A DNA stretch of 64,000 nt from assembly GCA_051003195.1 (NCBI GenBank), contig JBPCLP010000041.1:1997-65996 (forward strand). The letters are read 5' to 3'. The notes below the pieces were generated by a model. That model was not told where the DNA came from. It did not search any database and saw only the letters and a list, made by a program, of their open reading frames with translations. The position numbers and the translations under genes were made by a program. This DNA is from Candidatus Sumerlaeaceae bacterium (lineage in GTDB: Bacteria; Sumerlaeota; Sumerlaeia; Sumerlaeales; Sumerlaeaceae). Every line of letters starts with the position of its first letter. Positions within the stretch are counted from its first letter, which is position 1. Of the stretch, positions 28,530-39,115 are shown piece after piece.

Positions 28530-30491
28530 TTACTGAATCTGCTTCTTGGCTTTTCGAAAATAAACATCGCCGAAGCTCTCAGTAGAGCCCATCGGCTTTG
28601 CAAAGCCTTTAAGTGTAAAACGCGTCCCGGGTGCTGCCTTCTTAACTTCGAAGCGGTAGACCAAATCGCGCTTATCCGCCCCGCTCCAGCCGACATGTGT
28701 GTCACGGCCCACTTCTGTCCCGTTCTGCAGCAGCGCCATCCACTCGAACTCTAGCGCAGCGTGCCCCTTGCTGTACCATGGAATCGCTTCGTATTTTCCC
28801 GCCGACTTAATCTGCTCCGTCACATCCCACTCGAGCTCCGTACCGGCTTCCTTCATCTGATCGGCAGACCACTTGCCGATCACCACCGCGTTTGCCGTGG
28901 TCATTTCGTCGGCAGGACCTGCCTTCATTCCAAGCGCCAGGAATCTCTTCGAGTGCTCGTCCATTCGCGCGCTGAACTCCTCCCAGCTGCGCCCTTGCGG
29001 CTGGCTCCACCCTACTTCTGCCAGGGCGGCCATTCGCGGATATACCTGGAAATCATATCGCTCCATGTTCGGAACCCATTCAGTCCACATGTTGCCTTCA
29101 AGCCCGAGCACATGTTTTGCCTTATCGGGTGCGAGCTCCGTCGGAATCGGTTCGAAGCTATACGATTTCTCCAGCGACGTCGTCGCATAGCTATAGTCGA
29201 GATAGCAATGGCTCGTCGGGGACATGATTACGTCGTGGCCGGCGTTAGCTGCTGCGATTCCACCTTTGATGCCTCTCCATGATTGCACGACCGCCCCCGG
29301 CGCGAGGCCACCCTCAAGAATCTCGTCCCAGCCCACCAGGCGCCGACCACGCTCCGCCAGGTACTTATCAATCCGCCGGACAAAATAGCTCTGGAGCTCG
29401 TGTTCGTCTTTCAGCCCCTCTGCGTTTTTGCGAGCCTGGCACTTCGGGCAGCTGGTCCACCGCTCTTTGGGACATTCGTCCCCACCGATGTGAATGTACT
29501 GCGAAGGAAAAAGCTGCAGCACTTCGTCCAGCACATTATAGATAAACTGGTATGTCTGTTCCTGGCCTGGACAGTACACGTCTTTATAGACGCCCCAGTC
29601 AGTTAACACCTGATATGGCCCACCGGTGCAGCCCACCTCCGGGTAACTGGCCAGCACTGCGGTCGAGTGCCCGGGCATTTCAATTTCCGGCACTACTTTA
29701 ACGTGACGTCGCGCCGCATACGCGACAACATCGCGGATTTCGTCCTGGGTGTAGAACCCACCGTAACGGCTTCCATCTTTCTGCAATCGCCAGGCGCCGA
29801 CCTCCGTCAGCTTTGGGTAACGCTTGATCTCCACTCGCCAGCCCTGGTCTTCCGTCAGGTGCCAGTGGAACACGTTGGCTTTATGCAGCGCCAGCAGGTC
29901 GATGGCGCGTTTTACGTCGTCGACCTTGAAGAAATGCCGACCAACGTCAAACAGGTGACCCCGCCAGGCAAATCGGGCAACATCCCGAACATGTACACCC
30001 GGAATGGTCCATTTCGTGCCCGGTGCCACACGTGTGCCAAGCACGTCCGGCGGCAGCAATTGTCGTAGGGTCTGGCAGGCGTAAAACAGTCCGGCCGGTC
30101 GGTAGGAGCGGATGTGTATTCCACTCGGTGTGACATTCAGCTCGTATCCCTCCTCTCCGAGTTGGGTATCGGGAACGAGTTCGAACCTGACGACGTTGTC
30201 GGCCGGCGGAGTTGTGGATGAATCGAGAACCTTTAGCTTAAATCCTGTCGCGGGCGAGAGTTGCTCTGAGAATAGTTCTGCCTCTGGTCGACCCCCATTT
30301 GCGGCAGATAATACTGTCTGCGGCCCAAGAGTAAAAGAGCCGGCAGTTGCCTCGATACTGGCAGGCTTTGGAATTACCGAGAATGCCGAAGTGGTCAAGT
30401 GGTCCAAGGCTGTTGATCCCGCGTCCTGCGCCAAAGAGACTGCTGTCATTCCCATTGTTGCCATCAAAATAAGCCCTTTTAAAGCTCGCAT
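28530..30491 (-). CDS. Exported beta-N-acetylhexosaminidase (GH20) with extra C-terminal domain
   Basis: Signal peptide, RFAWRG..FDVGRHF, FHWHLTEDQGWR, PEIEMPGH, HIGGDE, GWDEI, WTEW. Confidence 0.95.
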   Translation of the reverse strand: MRALKGLILMATMGMTAVSLAQDAGSTALDHLTTSAFSVIPKPASIEATAGSFTLGPQTVLSAANGGRPEAELFSEQLSPATGFKLKVLDSSTTPPADNVVRFELVPDTQLGEEGYELNVTPSGIHIRSYRPAGLFYACQTLRQLLPPDVLGTRVAPGTKWTIPGVHVRDVARFAWRGHLFDVGRHFFKVDDVKRAIDLLALHKANVFHWHLTEDQGWRVEIKRYPKLTEVGAWRLQKDGSRYGGFYTQDEIRDVVAYAARRHVKVVPEIEMPGHSTAVLASYPEVGCTGGPYQVLTDWGVYKDVYCPGQEQTYQFIYNVLDEVLQLFPSQYIHIGGDECPKERWTSCPKCQARKNAEGLKDEHELQSYFVRRIDKYLAERGRRLVGWDEILEGGLAPGAVVQSWRGIKGGIAAANAGHDVIMSPTSHCYLDYSYATTSLEKSYSFEPIPTELAPDKAKHVLGLEGNMWTEWVPNMERYDFQVYPRMAALAEVGWSQPQGRSWEEFSARMDEHSKRFLALGMKAGPADEMTTANAVVIGKWSADQMKEAGTELEWDVTEQIKSAGKYEAIPWYSKGHAALEFEWMALLQNGTEVGRDTHVGWSGADKRDLVYRFEVKKAAPGTRFTLKGFAKPMGSTESFGDVYFRKAKKQIQ

Positions 30492-30573
30492 CGTGCCACT
30501 CCCCGCATTGAGATAAGTGGCCCAAGTCAGGCGGCAAGGAATCCAGTTTCAAGATAGTTTCACTGGAGCTTCG

Positions 30574-32274
30574 TCAGGAAGCCGCTGACGCTGGACCAAA
30601 GGAACTATTGCTAAGCAGCGCCACGGCCAGGGCATGTCCGACCGCGTATTCCTCGTCCACGACCTCATCGGCACCTGCGTCGCGAAGATCCTGACAATAA
30701 AGGTGGTACCGCGCACGTGCAATAATGCGAATCTTTGGCTGCAAGTTGCGGCATTGCAGGACAACATCAACGGCCGTGACAGGATCGGGAACAGTAATTA
30801 CCACTGCGGATGCATGCTCAAGCCCGGCTTCTTCCAGGACGTCGGGATGACCGGCATGCCCAATATGCAGTTGCGCCCCGTAGCGCTCAGCCACTTCGGC
30901 CGCCCGGGGGTTCAGGTCGATAATCGTAATCTGCGGTGGAGAATTTCGCGAAAGTGCTTCGAGGAACTGCTGAGCAGCGGGTCCGAGTCCGACAACAATG
31001 ATGTGTCCGGAACGCGGGGCGGGCTCCGCAATGGGTACTGAGTCGCCTTCCTTCCGACGTGAAGCATCAGCGGTCGCATTTGCTTTGCGCCGTAATCTCA
31101 ACAATACCACGCCATGACCAGCAAGGTCAGGCGCATAGGACACGAGAAACGGCGCAGCGAATAATGTAATGATTGTGACTGAGACAATGAGACGCATCAT
31201 GTCGCGATCAAAGACCGAACCTTCCGCTGCAATTCCAACCAGAACAAATGCGAACTCTCCAACTTGTGCCAGGCAGAAGCCGGTGGCCAGAGCAGTGTCG
31301 TGGCGCGCACGCATCAACTTCAGCACAACCCACACCAGCACTGCCTTACCCAGAATCACACAAATCGCGACCGACAACACAATTTGCCAGTGAGCAATGG
31401 TCCAACCCGGATCGAATTGTAGCCCGACAGACGCAAAGAAGAATGTAACGAGCACGGCTCGAAGTGCTGCGACGTCCGCACGAATTTGTGACGAAAATAC
31501 GGATTCACCCAGGAGCACGCCGGAAAGAAATGCTCCAATAGCCGGCGAGATGCCGGCAACGTGAGCTAATGCCGCCGATCCCAGAGCAACAATGATGGCC
31601 AGCAATATCGGAAACTCGCGATTAAGGGACCACTGCCGGATGTTGAGCAGCCGCGGTACGAGCCAGTTGAACAGGAAAAGAAAAGCGGCAATCAATACCC
31701 CCGCTGCTGCCAGTGTGCGGAGCAATTCCCATGCTATTTCACCGGCGCTGCCTCCTTCGCGGCTAATGATAGAAACAACGAGTGCGAGTGGAAATACCGC
31801 GACATCCTGGATGAGCAGAATGCCCAATGTAAGCCGGCCGTAAGGCCGTTCAAGTGCGGAGCTGTCCGTCAAAATGCGCAGTACGGTGGCGGTGCTGGAA
31901 AGTGCCGTGACAGCACCCAGGGTGAACGCAGCACGAGCGCTGAGTCCAAACAGTCGTGCCGTCAGAAACACGACCAGAAGCGTTACCGTGATTTGCGCAA
32001 TGCCGCCGAGCAATGCAGCGCTGCCTAGCTTGCGTAAACGTCCGATCGAAAATTCCAGCCCGATCGTAAAGAGCAGGAGTGCGACTCCCAGTTCGGCAAT
32101 CAGCGCCAGATGGCTGCCCTCTTTTACCAGCCCGAGACCGCTTGGCCCAACCAGTGTTCCCGCCAGCAGAAAACCAAGAATTGCGCTCTGGCGAATGCGG
32201 GCTGCCAGCGTACCCAGCAGCAGCGCACCTCCGAGCAGCAGGAGTACCTGCAGAAGAATGTGCCAAGGATCCAA
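30574..32274 (-). CDS. CPA2 cation:proton antiporter with TrkA-N (KTN) domain (KefB/C-like)
   Basis: AELGVALLLFTIGLEFS, LSSTA, ILLIQD, LAQVGEFAFV, C-terminal IIVVGLG..IIARAR..GADEVV. Confidence 0.9.
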   Translation of the reverse strand: MDPWHILLQVLLLLGGALLLGTLAARIRQSAILGFLLAGTLVGPSGLGLVKEGSHLALIAELGVALLLFTIGLEFSIGRLRKLGSAALLGGIAQITVTLLVVFLTARLFGLSARAAFTLGAVTALSSTATVLRILTDSSALERPYGRLTLGILLIQDVAVFPLALVVSIISREGGSAGEIAWELLRTLAAAGVLIAAFLFLFNWLVPRLLNIRQWSLNREFPILLAIIVALGSAALAHVAGISPAIGAFLSGVLLGESVFSSQIRADVAALRAVLVTFFFASVGLQFDPGWTIAHWQIVLSVAICVILGKAVLVWVVLKLMRARHDTALATGFCLAQVGEFAFVLVGIAAEGSVFDRDMMRLIVSVTIITLFAAPFLVSYAPDLAGHGVVLLRLRRKANATADASRRKEGDSVPIAEPAPRSGHIIVVGLGPAAQQFLEALSRNSPPQITIIDLNPRAAEVAERYGAQLHIGHAGHPDVLEEAGLEHASAVVITVPDPVTAVDVVLQCRNLQPKIRIIARARYHLYCQDLRDAGADEVVDEEYAVGHALAVALLSNSSFGPASAAS

Positions 32275-32359
32275 TGTCGATAGCCCTATGCGATTCTACA
32301 CAGGGACAGCAACACCAAGCCCTGCAACCGTTAACTCCCGAAATGGGCGAACGATTGAT

Positions 32360-33757
32360 CTAATGCCGGGCCAGCGAGCGATCGCCGCTCCTGCTGCCGA
32401 CATATCGCAGGTGCCATGGCTCGGGCTTGTAGCCTACCTGCTCGGTGTTCTCGTTGGTGTAACTGTTCCGGAAACCGAATCGCTCCGCGTTGTCGTGCAG
32501 CCAGCGCCCTTCCTGGCTTTCTCCGAAGCGCTTACTGAGCACCGTTCGACGATCGGGACTGCTGACATCAATCGTGGTTCCAAGCTGGTGCTCACTATAA
32601 CCTGGAGCAGCAACTCCGTTCTGCTTGGGCCCGTTCTTTTCAATCGCTTCGAGGTATAGCTTTTTCTGGTGTTCGAAATCCCGATAACCGGAGAAAACTT
32701 TCAATTTTAAATTCTGGCGAGCCGCCTCATCTGCCATGCGAACAAGCGCCTCGACGACCTCGCGGCGTAAACGATGTTCCCGGGTATCGAGCGTATATTG
32801 CCGGGCAACCGGCACGAGATCGTCTGGTGCATAATCGATCGGCAGAGCCGAATCCCGGTCGACGGCTTCCTCACCAATTGGCAGGCTTCGGATTTGCGCA
32901 GTCAGATGATTGCGTGGATCGACGCGAATAAAGTACTCCGCTTCCGCCCACCATGCCCTCCCTTCCCACTCGATTTTGATCCAGTCGAAATCTCGCTCGC
33001 TCCGTAAACGCGTCAATGGACGAACCCGTTCACCCTCGCGCAGTGTAAACTGGGATGTTGCGGAGTGTGCGTCTGGCTGCTCGTGGAGCCGCAACTCAGC
33101 TTTGATCAGCGTGAGTTGAGCACCTGCTTCGTTTATGGCGCCTTCTGGCAAATAGAGATTGGGAGTCAGGGCGCGTGGTGGATTCACAGTCAGAACGGAC
33201 GCAGCGATTGCCTGTTCCGCAGGAGCGCTGGCCGGCTCGTCCGCTACCATGGTTTCAGTGGAGGAGGTCAGCTGCTCCCCGTAAATGAGTGCTTCCAACA
33301 CTTCCGGATCTAACGCGTCAAACTCAACTGGTGGTGGTACGGGTATAGGTTTTACAACGCGGATCGGGCCCATGGAAGCGAGCACAAGCCCTTGCGAGTC
33401 CGTTCCACCTCGCAGGATTCCCCAATCCGTCTGGTCTGCCGCTCGGGTCTCAACCATACGCTCACTGCCCGCTGCGGGACTGTAGATTTCGAGCGGTGCT
33501 CCGGCCGATTGCAGCGGAGCGCGCGGCAGGGTGCTCGCAATAATGACAGGTGGCGGAAGCAGTACCGGTTCTGGCGCGGGGACTGACGGCGGCATCGGCA
33601 AACAGACGAGGTGACCATCCGAGTAAGGGTTCGGCGGCGGCTCACTCCAGTACACCTGGATGGAAAGCGTGAGGACGCAAAGCGTGAAGAGGAGGAGAAG
33701 GTATTTCAATGCTTCGATAAACGGCCGGAAATTGAAAAGCCAGGGTCGCAGTTCCAC
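32360..33757 (-). CDS. Membrane-anchored D-Ala-D-Ala carboxypeptidase (M15B/VanY-like) with SH3-like domain
   Basis: N-terminal TM, Pro-rich linker, LRLHEQP..DWIKI..WAEAEY, SGYR, APGYSEHQLG..D, EPWHLRYVG. Confidence 0.88.
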   Translation of the reverse strand: MELRPWLFNFRPFIEALKYLLLLFTLCVLTLSIQVYWSEPPPNPYSDGHLVCLPMPPSVPAPEPVLLPPPVIIASTLPRAPLQSAGAPLEIYSPAAGSERMVETRAADQTDWGILRGGTDSQGLVLASMGPIRVVKPIPVPPPVEFDALDPEVLEALIYGEQLTSSTETMVADEPASAPAEQAIAASVLTVNPPRALTPNLYLPEGAINEAGAQLTLIKAELRLHEQPDAHSATSQFTLREGERVRPLTRLRSERDFDWIKIEWEGRAWWAEAEYFIRVDPRNHLTAQIRSLPIGEEAVDRDSALPIDYAPDDLVPVARQYTLDTREHRLRREVVEALVRMADEAARQNLKLKVFSGYRDFEHQKKLYLEAIEKNGPKQNGVAAPGYSEHQLGTTIDVSSPDRRTVLSKRFGESQEGRWLHDNAERFGFRNSYTNENTEQVGYKPEPWHLRYVGSRSGDRSLARH

Positions 33758-33951
33758 GCATCCGCATAAGCGAATTGCAGGATGTGCTGGTCGAAACGTA
33801 TGATATGCGAGTGATGTTTCATAGGCCGACGGCTTTTATACAAACTTTGCTCTGATATGAAAGACGCGAGCCCGATGCAAGTGAGAACGAGCGGTTCTGA
33901 CTTAGCCTCTCTTCCTTTGACATCCAGAGTGCCGCTTCATCGTTACCCGCT

Positions 33952-35613
33952 ATGTTCAATATACGATTCTATCATTCCGCTATTATTGCATTCTCTCTCG
34001 CGGTGTTCGTCAGCGCCGGAAATTCGGCGGCCCAGGCGGTAGCGGAAAAGGTTAAAGCTGCGCTTGATCCCATCTTCGATGCGCCAGCATGGCGTAATAG
34101 CCGATGGGGGATTGCTGTCTTCGACCTGCAAACAAGCGAGCTGCTGTATGAGCGGGACATTGCAAAAAGCTTTATGCCGGCATCAAATATGAAACTCTAC
34201 ACTACGGCTGCGGCACTTGAGCAGCTGGGCTCCGACTTTTCGTACGCGACGCGAATTCACGCGACCGGAACAACAACGTCCAAAGGCGTTCTCAGGGGAA
34301 ACCTGGTAGTGGTGGGCAGTGGCGATCCCTCGGTCTCAGGTCGCTATATTGAAGATAAGCCGACCACGGCGATTTTGCGCGAGTGGGCGCAGGCGGTAAA
34401 AAGCGCTGGCATCAGGCGCGTTGATGGCGCGGTCATAGGAGACGATGACGTATTCGATGACGAATCCCGCACTGGAAGCTGGCAGCTTGATTATTACCAG
34501 GAGTGGTACGCGGCAGAGAACAGCGGGCTGACGATAAACGATAATTGCTGGGACGTGGTGATCAAGCCCGGGCGTAAGCCAGGTGATCCAGCAATTATCG
34601 AAACGCCTCTGCCGAGCAAGTACGTGCGATTTATTAACCGAGTGACCACGAGCGGTCCAAAGCGCCGCGGGAGCGGCGTAGCATCCGGTGCGGAATCGAG
34701 CACGGCGACAGCTTCTGCGGCCGATGAGTTGTCTACCTCGACCGCCGACACAACTGCATCCGAGGAAAGCAGCGATCCACCTATAGAAATTGTGCGAGAG
34801 CTGGACCGCAATGACATAACGTTGAGTGGAACCATTGCCGTGGATCATGAACCCTTCAAGGAGTGGGGGAGCGTTCACAATGGGACATTATTCACTGCGG
34901 CCCTGTTCGCCGAAGAGCTAACGCGGCAGGGTATCCGCGTGGCAGAAGGCGCGAAGGATATTGATGACCTGGACGTTTTGCGCGCTACAAAACTCAAAGC
35001 AGACCGAGGCATCCTTGTTCACACGCACGTTTCGCCTCCGCTTTCCAAAATCATCGCAACCATTAACAAACCGTCCCAGAACTTCTACGCCGATCAGCTC
35101 TTGAAGACGCTCGGTGCACAGACGTACGGACAGGGCAACTATGATTCCGGTCGACGTGCCGTGCGTGATTTTCTCACGACTGCAGGTATTCAGCAGACTG
35201 GCAGTCTGCGAATGTCAGATGGGTCGGGACTGTCGCGGCAAAACCTTGTCGAACCGCAAATGACGTTAGCATTGCTGCAGTTCATGGCCAGGAGCCGCTA
35301 CGCCGCGGACTTCGAAGCATCGCTGCCAATCATGGGTGTCGACGGCACATTGAAGTCCCGCCTTCGCCGCACTGCAGCGCATCGTAACGTATATGCAAAA
35401 ACAGGCACTATCAACAGCGTGCGATCTTTGAGTGGATATCTTACTACTGCCGGAGGGCACAAACTGGCGTTCTGCATGATGGCAAACAACTTCAGTGTAC
35501 CCACGCGCGCAGCCACTGAGGCTCAGGATAAAGCGCTGCTGAAGCTCATCGCCCTGGATGACGTCACATCTGCGCTGGCAAGCGATAACACATCGACCTC
35601 GGGTGCTCATTAA
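33952..35613 (+). CDS. dacB: D-Ala-D-Ala carboxypeptidase/endopeptidase PBP4 (S13)
   Basis: PASNMK (SxxK), GSGDP, SQNFYA (SxN), DGSGLSR.N, AKTGT. Confidence 0.93.
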   Translation: MFNIRFYHSAIIAFSLAVFVSAGNSAAQAVAEKVKAALDPIFDAPAWRNSRWGIAVFDLQTSELLYERDIAKSFMPASNMKLYTTAAALEQLGSDFSYATRIHATGTTTSKGVLRGNLVVVGSGDPSVSGRYIEDKPTTAILREWAQAVKSAGIRRVDGAVIGDDDVFDDESRTGSWQLDYYQEWYAAENSGLTINDNCWDVVIKPGRKPGDPAIIETPLPSKYVRFINRVTTSGPKRRGSGVASGAESSTATASAADELSTSTADTTASEESSDPPIEIVRELDRNDITLSGTIAVDHEPFKEWGSVHNGTLFTAALFAEELTRQGIRVAEGAKDIDDLDVLRATKLKADRGILVHTHVSPPLSKIIATINKPSQNFYADQLLKTLGAQTYGQGNYDSGRRAVRDFLTTAGIQQTGSLRMSDGSGLSRQNLVEPQMTLALLQFMARSRYAADFEASLPIMGVDGTLKSRLRRTAAHRNVYAKTGTINSVRSLSGYLTTAGGHKLAFCMMANNFSVPTRAATEAQDKALLKLIALDDVTSALASDNTSTSGAH

Positions 35614-35669
35614 ACTTTCAAAGAATGAATCGGCAGTGGGGGTGCAAGATAGCCAACCGTAGAACGACA

Positions 35670-35701
35670 CGTGGAATACAAGCCGCGTGGAATACGAGCC
35701 G
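35670..35701. repeat. 16-bp tandem direct repeat x2
   Basis: CGTGGAATACAAGCCG CGTGGAATACGAGCCG between convergent genes. Confidence 0.6.
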
Positions 35702-35759
35702 GGACGCTTGCGGTTTGCGCGACCTGCGACACAAGCGTGTGCCTAGTTAAGGACGGCAT

Positions 35760-37193
35760 TTACCGCTCCGTTTTGATGCCCAGCTTTTCAAGCTTCTCAT
35801 AGAAGTGGCGGCGAGATAAACCTGTCATTCGGGCAGCCTCGCTGATATTCCCCCTGGCAGCTGCGATGGCGCGCTGCAAATACGAGCGCTCGAAAGCGTC
35901 TTTCGCATACCGGTACTCGAGCGTTGGAAGACCGCCGTTTTGAAATGCGCTATCGGCTTGCTCCGCAGTCGCGCCAAATTTCTCGGTATAGCCCCGGATG
36001 TCGGCTGGTATATCGTGCAGCTCAATGCGTTCGCACGAACAGAGCACGATGGTGCGCTCAATTACATTCTCGAGTTCACGTACGTTACCCGGAAATGGAT
36101 ATCGCATCAGTGCCTGCTGTGCCTCTTCCGAAATGCTGCACTGCTTGCGGTTCATTCGACGACAAAGCTTTTCGAGGAAATGAATGGTCAGCACGGGAAT
36201 ATCGGCAGGGCGCTCCCTCAGCGGCGGCATGGTCACCTGAATCACGTCGAGCCTGTAATAAAGATCTTCGCGGAACTGTTTCTGCGCGATGGCCGCTTTC
36301 AGATCACGGTTTGTGGCGGCAAGCAGGCGTACATCGATGGGAATAGTATGAAGACCGCCGACACGTTGTATTTCACGTTCCTGCAACACGCGCAAAAGCT
36401 TGGCCTGTAGGGGTAATGGCAGCTCGCCGATCTCATCGAGAAAAAGCGTGCCACCCTGCGCCAGTTCGATAAGGCCCATCTTCGTACGGTCGGCACCCGT
36501 GAAAGCGCCCTTTTCGTAGCCGAAAAGCTCGCTTTCCAGGAGGTTTTCCGGAATAGAGGCGCAGTTGATTGCGACGAAGCGCTTCTTTCGCCGGGGGCTC
36601 TGTCGATGAATGGATTTCGCGACAAGCTCTTTACCAGTACCACTTTCGCCCCGGATAAGTACTGCGGCATCGGATGGAGCTGCCTTGGAGATGATCTGCT
36701 TGACGGTATTCAGCGGCGGGCTCGTTCCGACCAGTTCGGAATCAACGCCCACCTGGCGGTGCAGAGTTTCCGTGAGCACTTCATTTTCTTCGAGCAGCCG
36801 CGTATTGGCGACGGCCTTGCCTACGCTGAGGACGAGTTCGTCCGTCTTAAAAGGTTTTGTAATGTAGTCAAAGGCACCGGCACGCATAGCCTCGACGGCA
36901 GTTTCGACCGAGGAATACGCGGTCATAACAATAACGTTGGTGTGGCTGTTCGCCGCTTTTGCTTCGCGCAACACATCCAAGCCAGTGAGCTCCGGCATCC
37001 GCATGTCGGTGATAACAAGGTCGGGTGGTGTCTTGCGCAGGTGCTCGACAGCCGCAGTCGGATTGCTAAAGGCATTTACATGGTAGCCCTCCAGCTCGAG
37101 GATCCGGCTGAGGATTTTGCCCATGTTCTCCTCGTCATCGACGACAACAATCGAAGCCCGACGAGGCGAGGAAGCTACGGTTTCAGAGGCCAT
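35760..37193 (-). CDS. Sigma54-dependent response regulator (NtrC/AtoC family)
   Basis: REC (VVDDE, TDMRMP, KPF), [39 protein letters not shown], Fis-type HTH. Confidence 0.95.
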   Translation of the reverse strand: MASETVASSPRRASIVVVDDEENMGKILSRILELEGYHVNAFSNPTAAVEHLRKTPPDLVITDMRMPELTGLDVLREAKAANSHTNVIVMTAYSSVETAVEAMRAGAFDYITKPFKTDELVLSVGKAVANTRLLEENEVLTETLHRQVGVDSELVGTSPPLNTVKQIISKAAPSDAAVLIRGESGTGKELVAKSIHRQSPRRKKRFVAINCASIPENLLESELFGYEKGAFTGADRTKMGLIELAQGGTLFLDEIGELPLPLQAKLLRVLQEREIQRVGGLHTIPIDVRLLAATNRDLKAAIAQKQFREDLYYRLDVIQVTMPPLRERPADIPVLTIHFLEKLCRRMNRKQCSISEEAQQALMRYPFPGNVRELENVIERTIVLCSCERIELHDIPADIRGYTEKFGATAEQADSAFQNGGLPTLEYRYAKDAFERSYLQRAIAAARGNISEAARMTGLSRRHFYEKLEKLGIKTER

Positions 37194-37285
37194 TGGCACA
37201 CTAGCTACACCGGGGCCTGCGATTGCGTCAAGACAGCAGAAAGCGATGGGCGTAAAACGGAACGACTGATTCGGCTGACTAGCGA

Positions 37286-37924
37286 CTAGCCGTTGTTTTG
37301 CTCTGGCGGTCGATGGACCATTGGTACAAAGCGGACCGGTGCGATCGTTCGTTCATCGAATTTGGTATGGGCGGTTTTATCGATCTGCAGAAGTTCCTGC
37401 TGCTCGCCTGCGCCGAGTGGAACAATCATGCGGCCGCCTACTGCGAGTTGGTCAAGCAACGCTGTCGGAACATGGTCTGGCGCTGCTGTGACAAGGATGC
37501 GCTCGAAGGGAGCATGCTCAGCCAGCCCTTCCCAGCCACTGCGCTGCAATACCGTCGCATTGTGTACTCCAAACTCACGCAGTCTGAAGCGTGCGAGGTC
37601 TGCCAGCAGTGGAAGGATCTCGAGCGAATACACCTCGCGCGAGAGCGCAGCAAGTACAGCGGTCTGATAGCCACTGCCACAGCCGATCTCCAGGATACGA
37701 TCCGTGGGCTGCGGATCGAGGAGCTCGGTCATCAGTCCGACAATATATGGCTGACTGATCGTTGACATTTCGGCCAGCGGAAGGGGCTTATCAGCGTACG
37801 CTTCGGCAAGATGTTCTTCCGGAACGAAGCGCGCCCTGTCGACCTGACGAAGGGCGGTCAGGACCCGCGGATTTAAAATGCCTCGCGCTTCGATCTGCTC
37901 GCGAATCATATCGTCGTTTGTCAT
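37286..37924 (-). CDS. pcm: Protein-L-isoaspartate O-methyltransferase
   Basis: R..FVP..AY.D.PL, TISQP, LEIGCGSGYQTA, APFERILVTAA, VRFVPM. Confidence 0.93.
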   Translation of the reverse strand: MTNDDMIREQIEARGILNPRVLTALRQVDRARFVPEEHLAEAYADKPLPLAEMSTISQPYIVGLMTELLDPQPTDRILEIGCGSGYQTAVLAALSREVYSLEILPLLADLARFRLREFGVHNATVLQRSGWEGLAEHAPFERILVTAAPDHVPTALLDQLAVGGRMIVPLGAGEQQELLQIDKTAHTKFDERTIAPVRFVPMVHRPPEQNNG

Positions 37925-37939
37925 CGTGCGTAGTCTTCG

Positions 37940-39013
37940 CTATAACAGCGCATGGCATTCGCGGGCAAACGCGACGGTAAGTGCGAGTGTATGCTCGAGA
38001 TCCTCAACGCGCAGTGTGGCATGCGGACTGTGAATGTATCGGCAGGGAACGCTGATTACACCCGTGGGCACGCCGGAGCGCGTAATCTGGATGCGAGCAG
38101 CATTGGTGCCGCCAAAAACAGGGGTTTTCAATTGGTGCGGGATGCTGTGCTTGTCAGCCAGGTTTTGAAGAAACTGTACAAAGCGGCGCGGAAAATGCGC
38201 GGTGCGATCGACCAGTGTAAGTACAGGGCCCGCGCCCTGCCGACTCGGATTACGGGCCGGAGGAACACCCGGGAAATCCCCCGCAACTGTGCCTTCCAGC
38301 ACGATCGCAAGTTGAGGATCGATGCCATGGGCGGCCACTGCTGCCCCTCGAGCGCCAGTTTCTTCGAAGGTAGTAAAAGCCGCGGCAATGTTTACGCGTG
38401 GAGCCTCGCCAATGGCCTCATTCCCGAAAAGTGTCTGCAGCGTCTGGATAAGTACGGTACACCCGGCGCGGTCGTCGAGTGCCTTACCAATGACCACACC
38501 GTTCGAGCATTCCAGGAATGGATAAAATGGGACTGCACTGTCGCCAACACGTATGCCAAGGTCTTCTACTTCCTGCCCGCAACGTGCGCCTACATCAATA
38601 AACAGACTATCGATGGGATAAGGCTTGTTCTTCTCGTCGGATTTCTGGATGTGAGGTGGAGGCACGCCAATGACTCCCCGAATACGCCGCCCTTCGATCG
38701 TGCGCAGGTCTACAGCATGAGCCGGCAGTACGCGCTCGTCCCACCCGCCGACAGTCACGAAACGGAGGAAACCGCTGGGCTCAATGTAGCTTATGATCAG
38801 CCCAATTTCATCAAGGTGTGCGTCCATGAGCAATGTTGGCGCATTAGGCTCGGGGGCGCGTTTGAACGCGATCAGGTTACCCAGCGCATCGGTTTTGAGT
38901 TCGTCAACCAGTGGCGCGATGCGATTCTGAACCAGCGCGCGGACGTCCTCTTCATAACCGGTTACACCATGCGCATCGCACAGCTCACGCAGGATTGAAA
39001 TGCTCTCGGACAT
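37940..39013 (-). CDS. M42 family metallo-aminopeptidase
   Basis: DAHLDEIG, GGWD, FIDVGA, KALDDRAG, FEETGARGA, GGTNA, PCRYIHSP. Confidence 0.92.
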   Translation of the reverse strand: MSESISILRELCDAHGVTGYEEDVRALVQNRIAPLVDELKTDALGNLIAFKRAPEPNAPTLLMDAHLDEIGLIISYIEPSGFLRFVTVGGWDERVLPAHAVDLRTIEGRRIRGVIGVPPPHIQKSDEKNKPYPIDSLFIDVGARCGQEVEDLGIRVGDSAVPFYPFLECSNGVVIGKALDDRAGCTVLIQTLQTLFGNEAIGEAPRVNIAAAFTTFEETGARGAAVAAHGIDPQLAIVLEGTVAGDFPGVPPARNPSRQGAGPVLTLVDRTAHFPRRFVQFLQNLADKHSIPHQLKTPVFGGTNAARIQITRSGVPTGVISVPCRYIHSPHATLRVEDLEHTLALTVAFARECHALL

Positions 39014-39115
39014 GTTGCTGGATTGAATTGTGCGGGGTGGAGGTCAAGTCACAAGCATCGATATGGCTGGGAAGGCATCTGCGGCCTGGGGCTAACCATG
39101 AGTCTTGGTGGAGCG

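Noticed and set aside
35670-35701. 16-bp tandem repeat as a mini-CRISPR or regulatory array
   Set aside because: Two adjacent units without spacers between convergent genes, most simply a local duplication.
37195-37204. GGCACACTAG matching the MITE end at the start of the sigma54 regulator
   Set aside because: Only 10 bp with no second end or internal motif. It is also not a TGGCAC-N5-TTGC sigma54 promoter, so chance cannot be excluded.
37952-38998. 348-aa plus-strand ORF
   Set aside because: Antisense shadow of the M42 peptidase, typical of GC-rich coding DNA.
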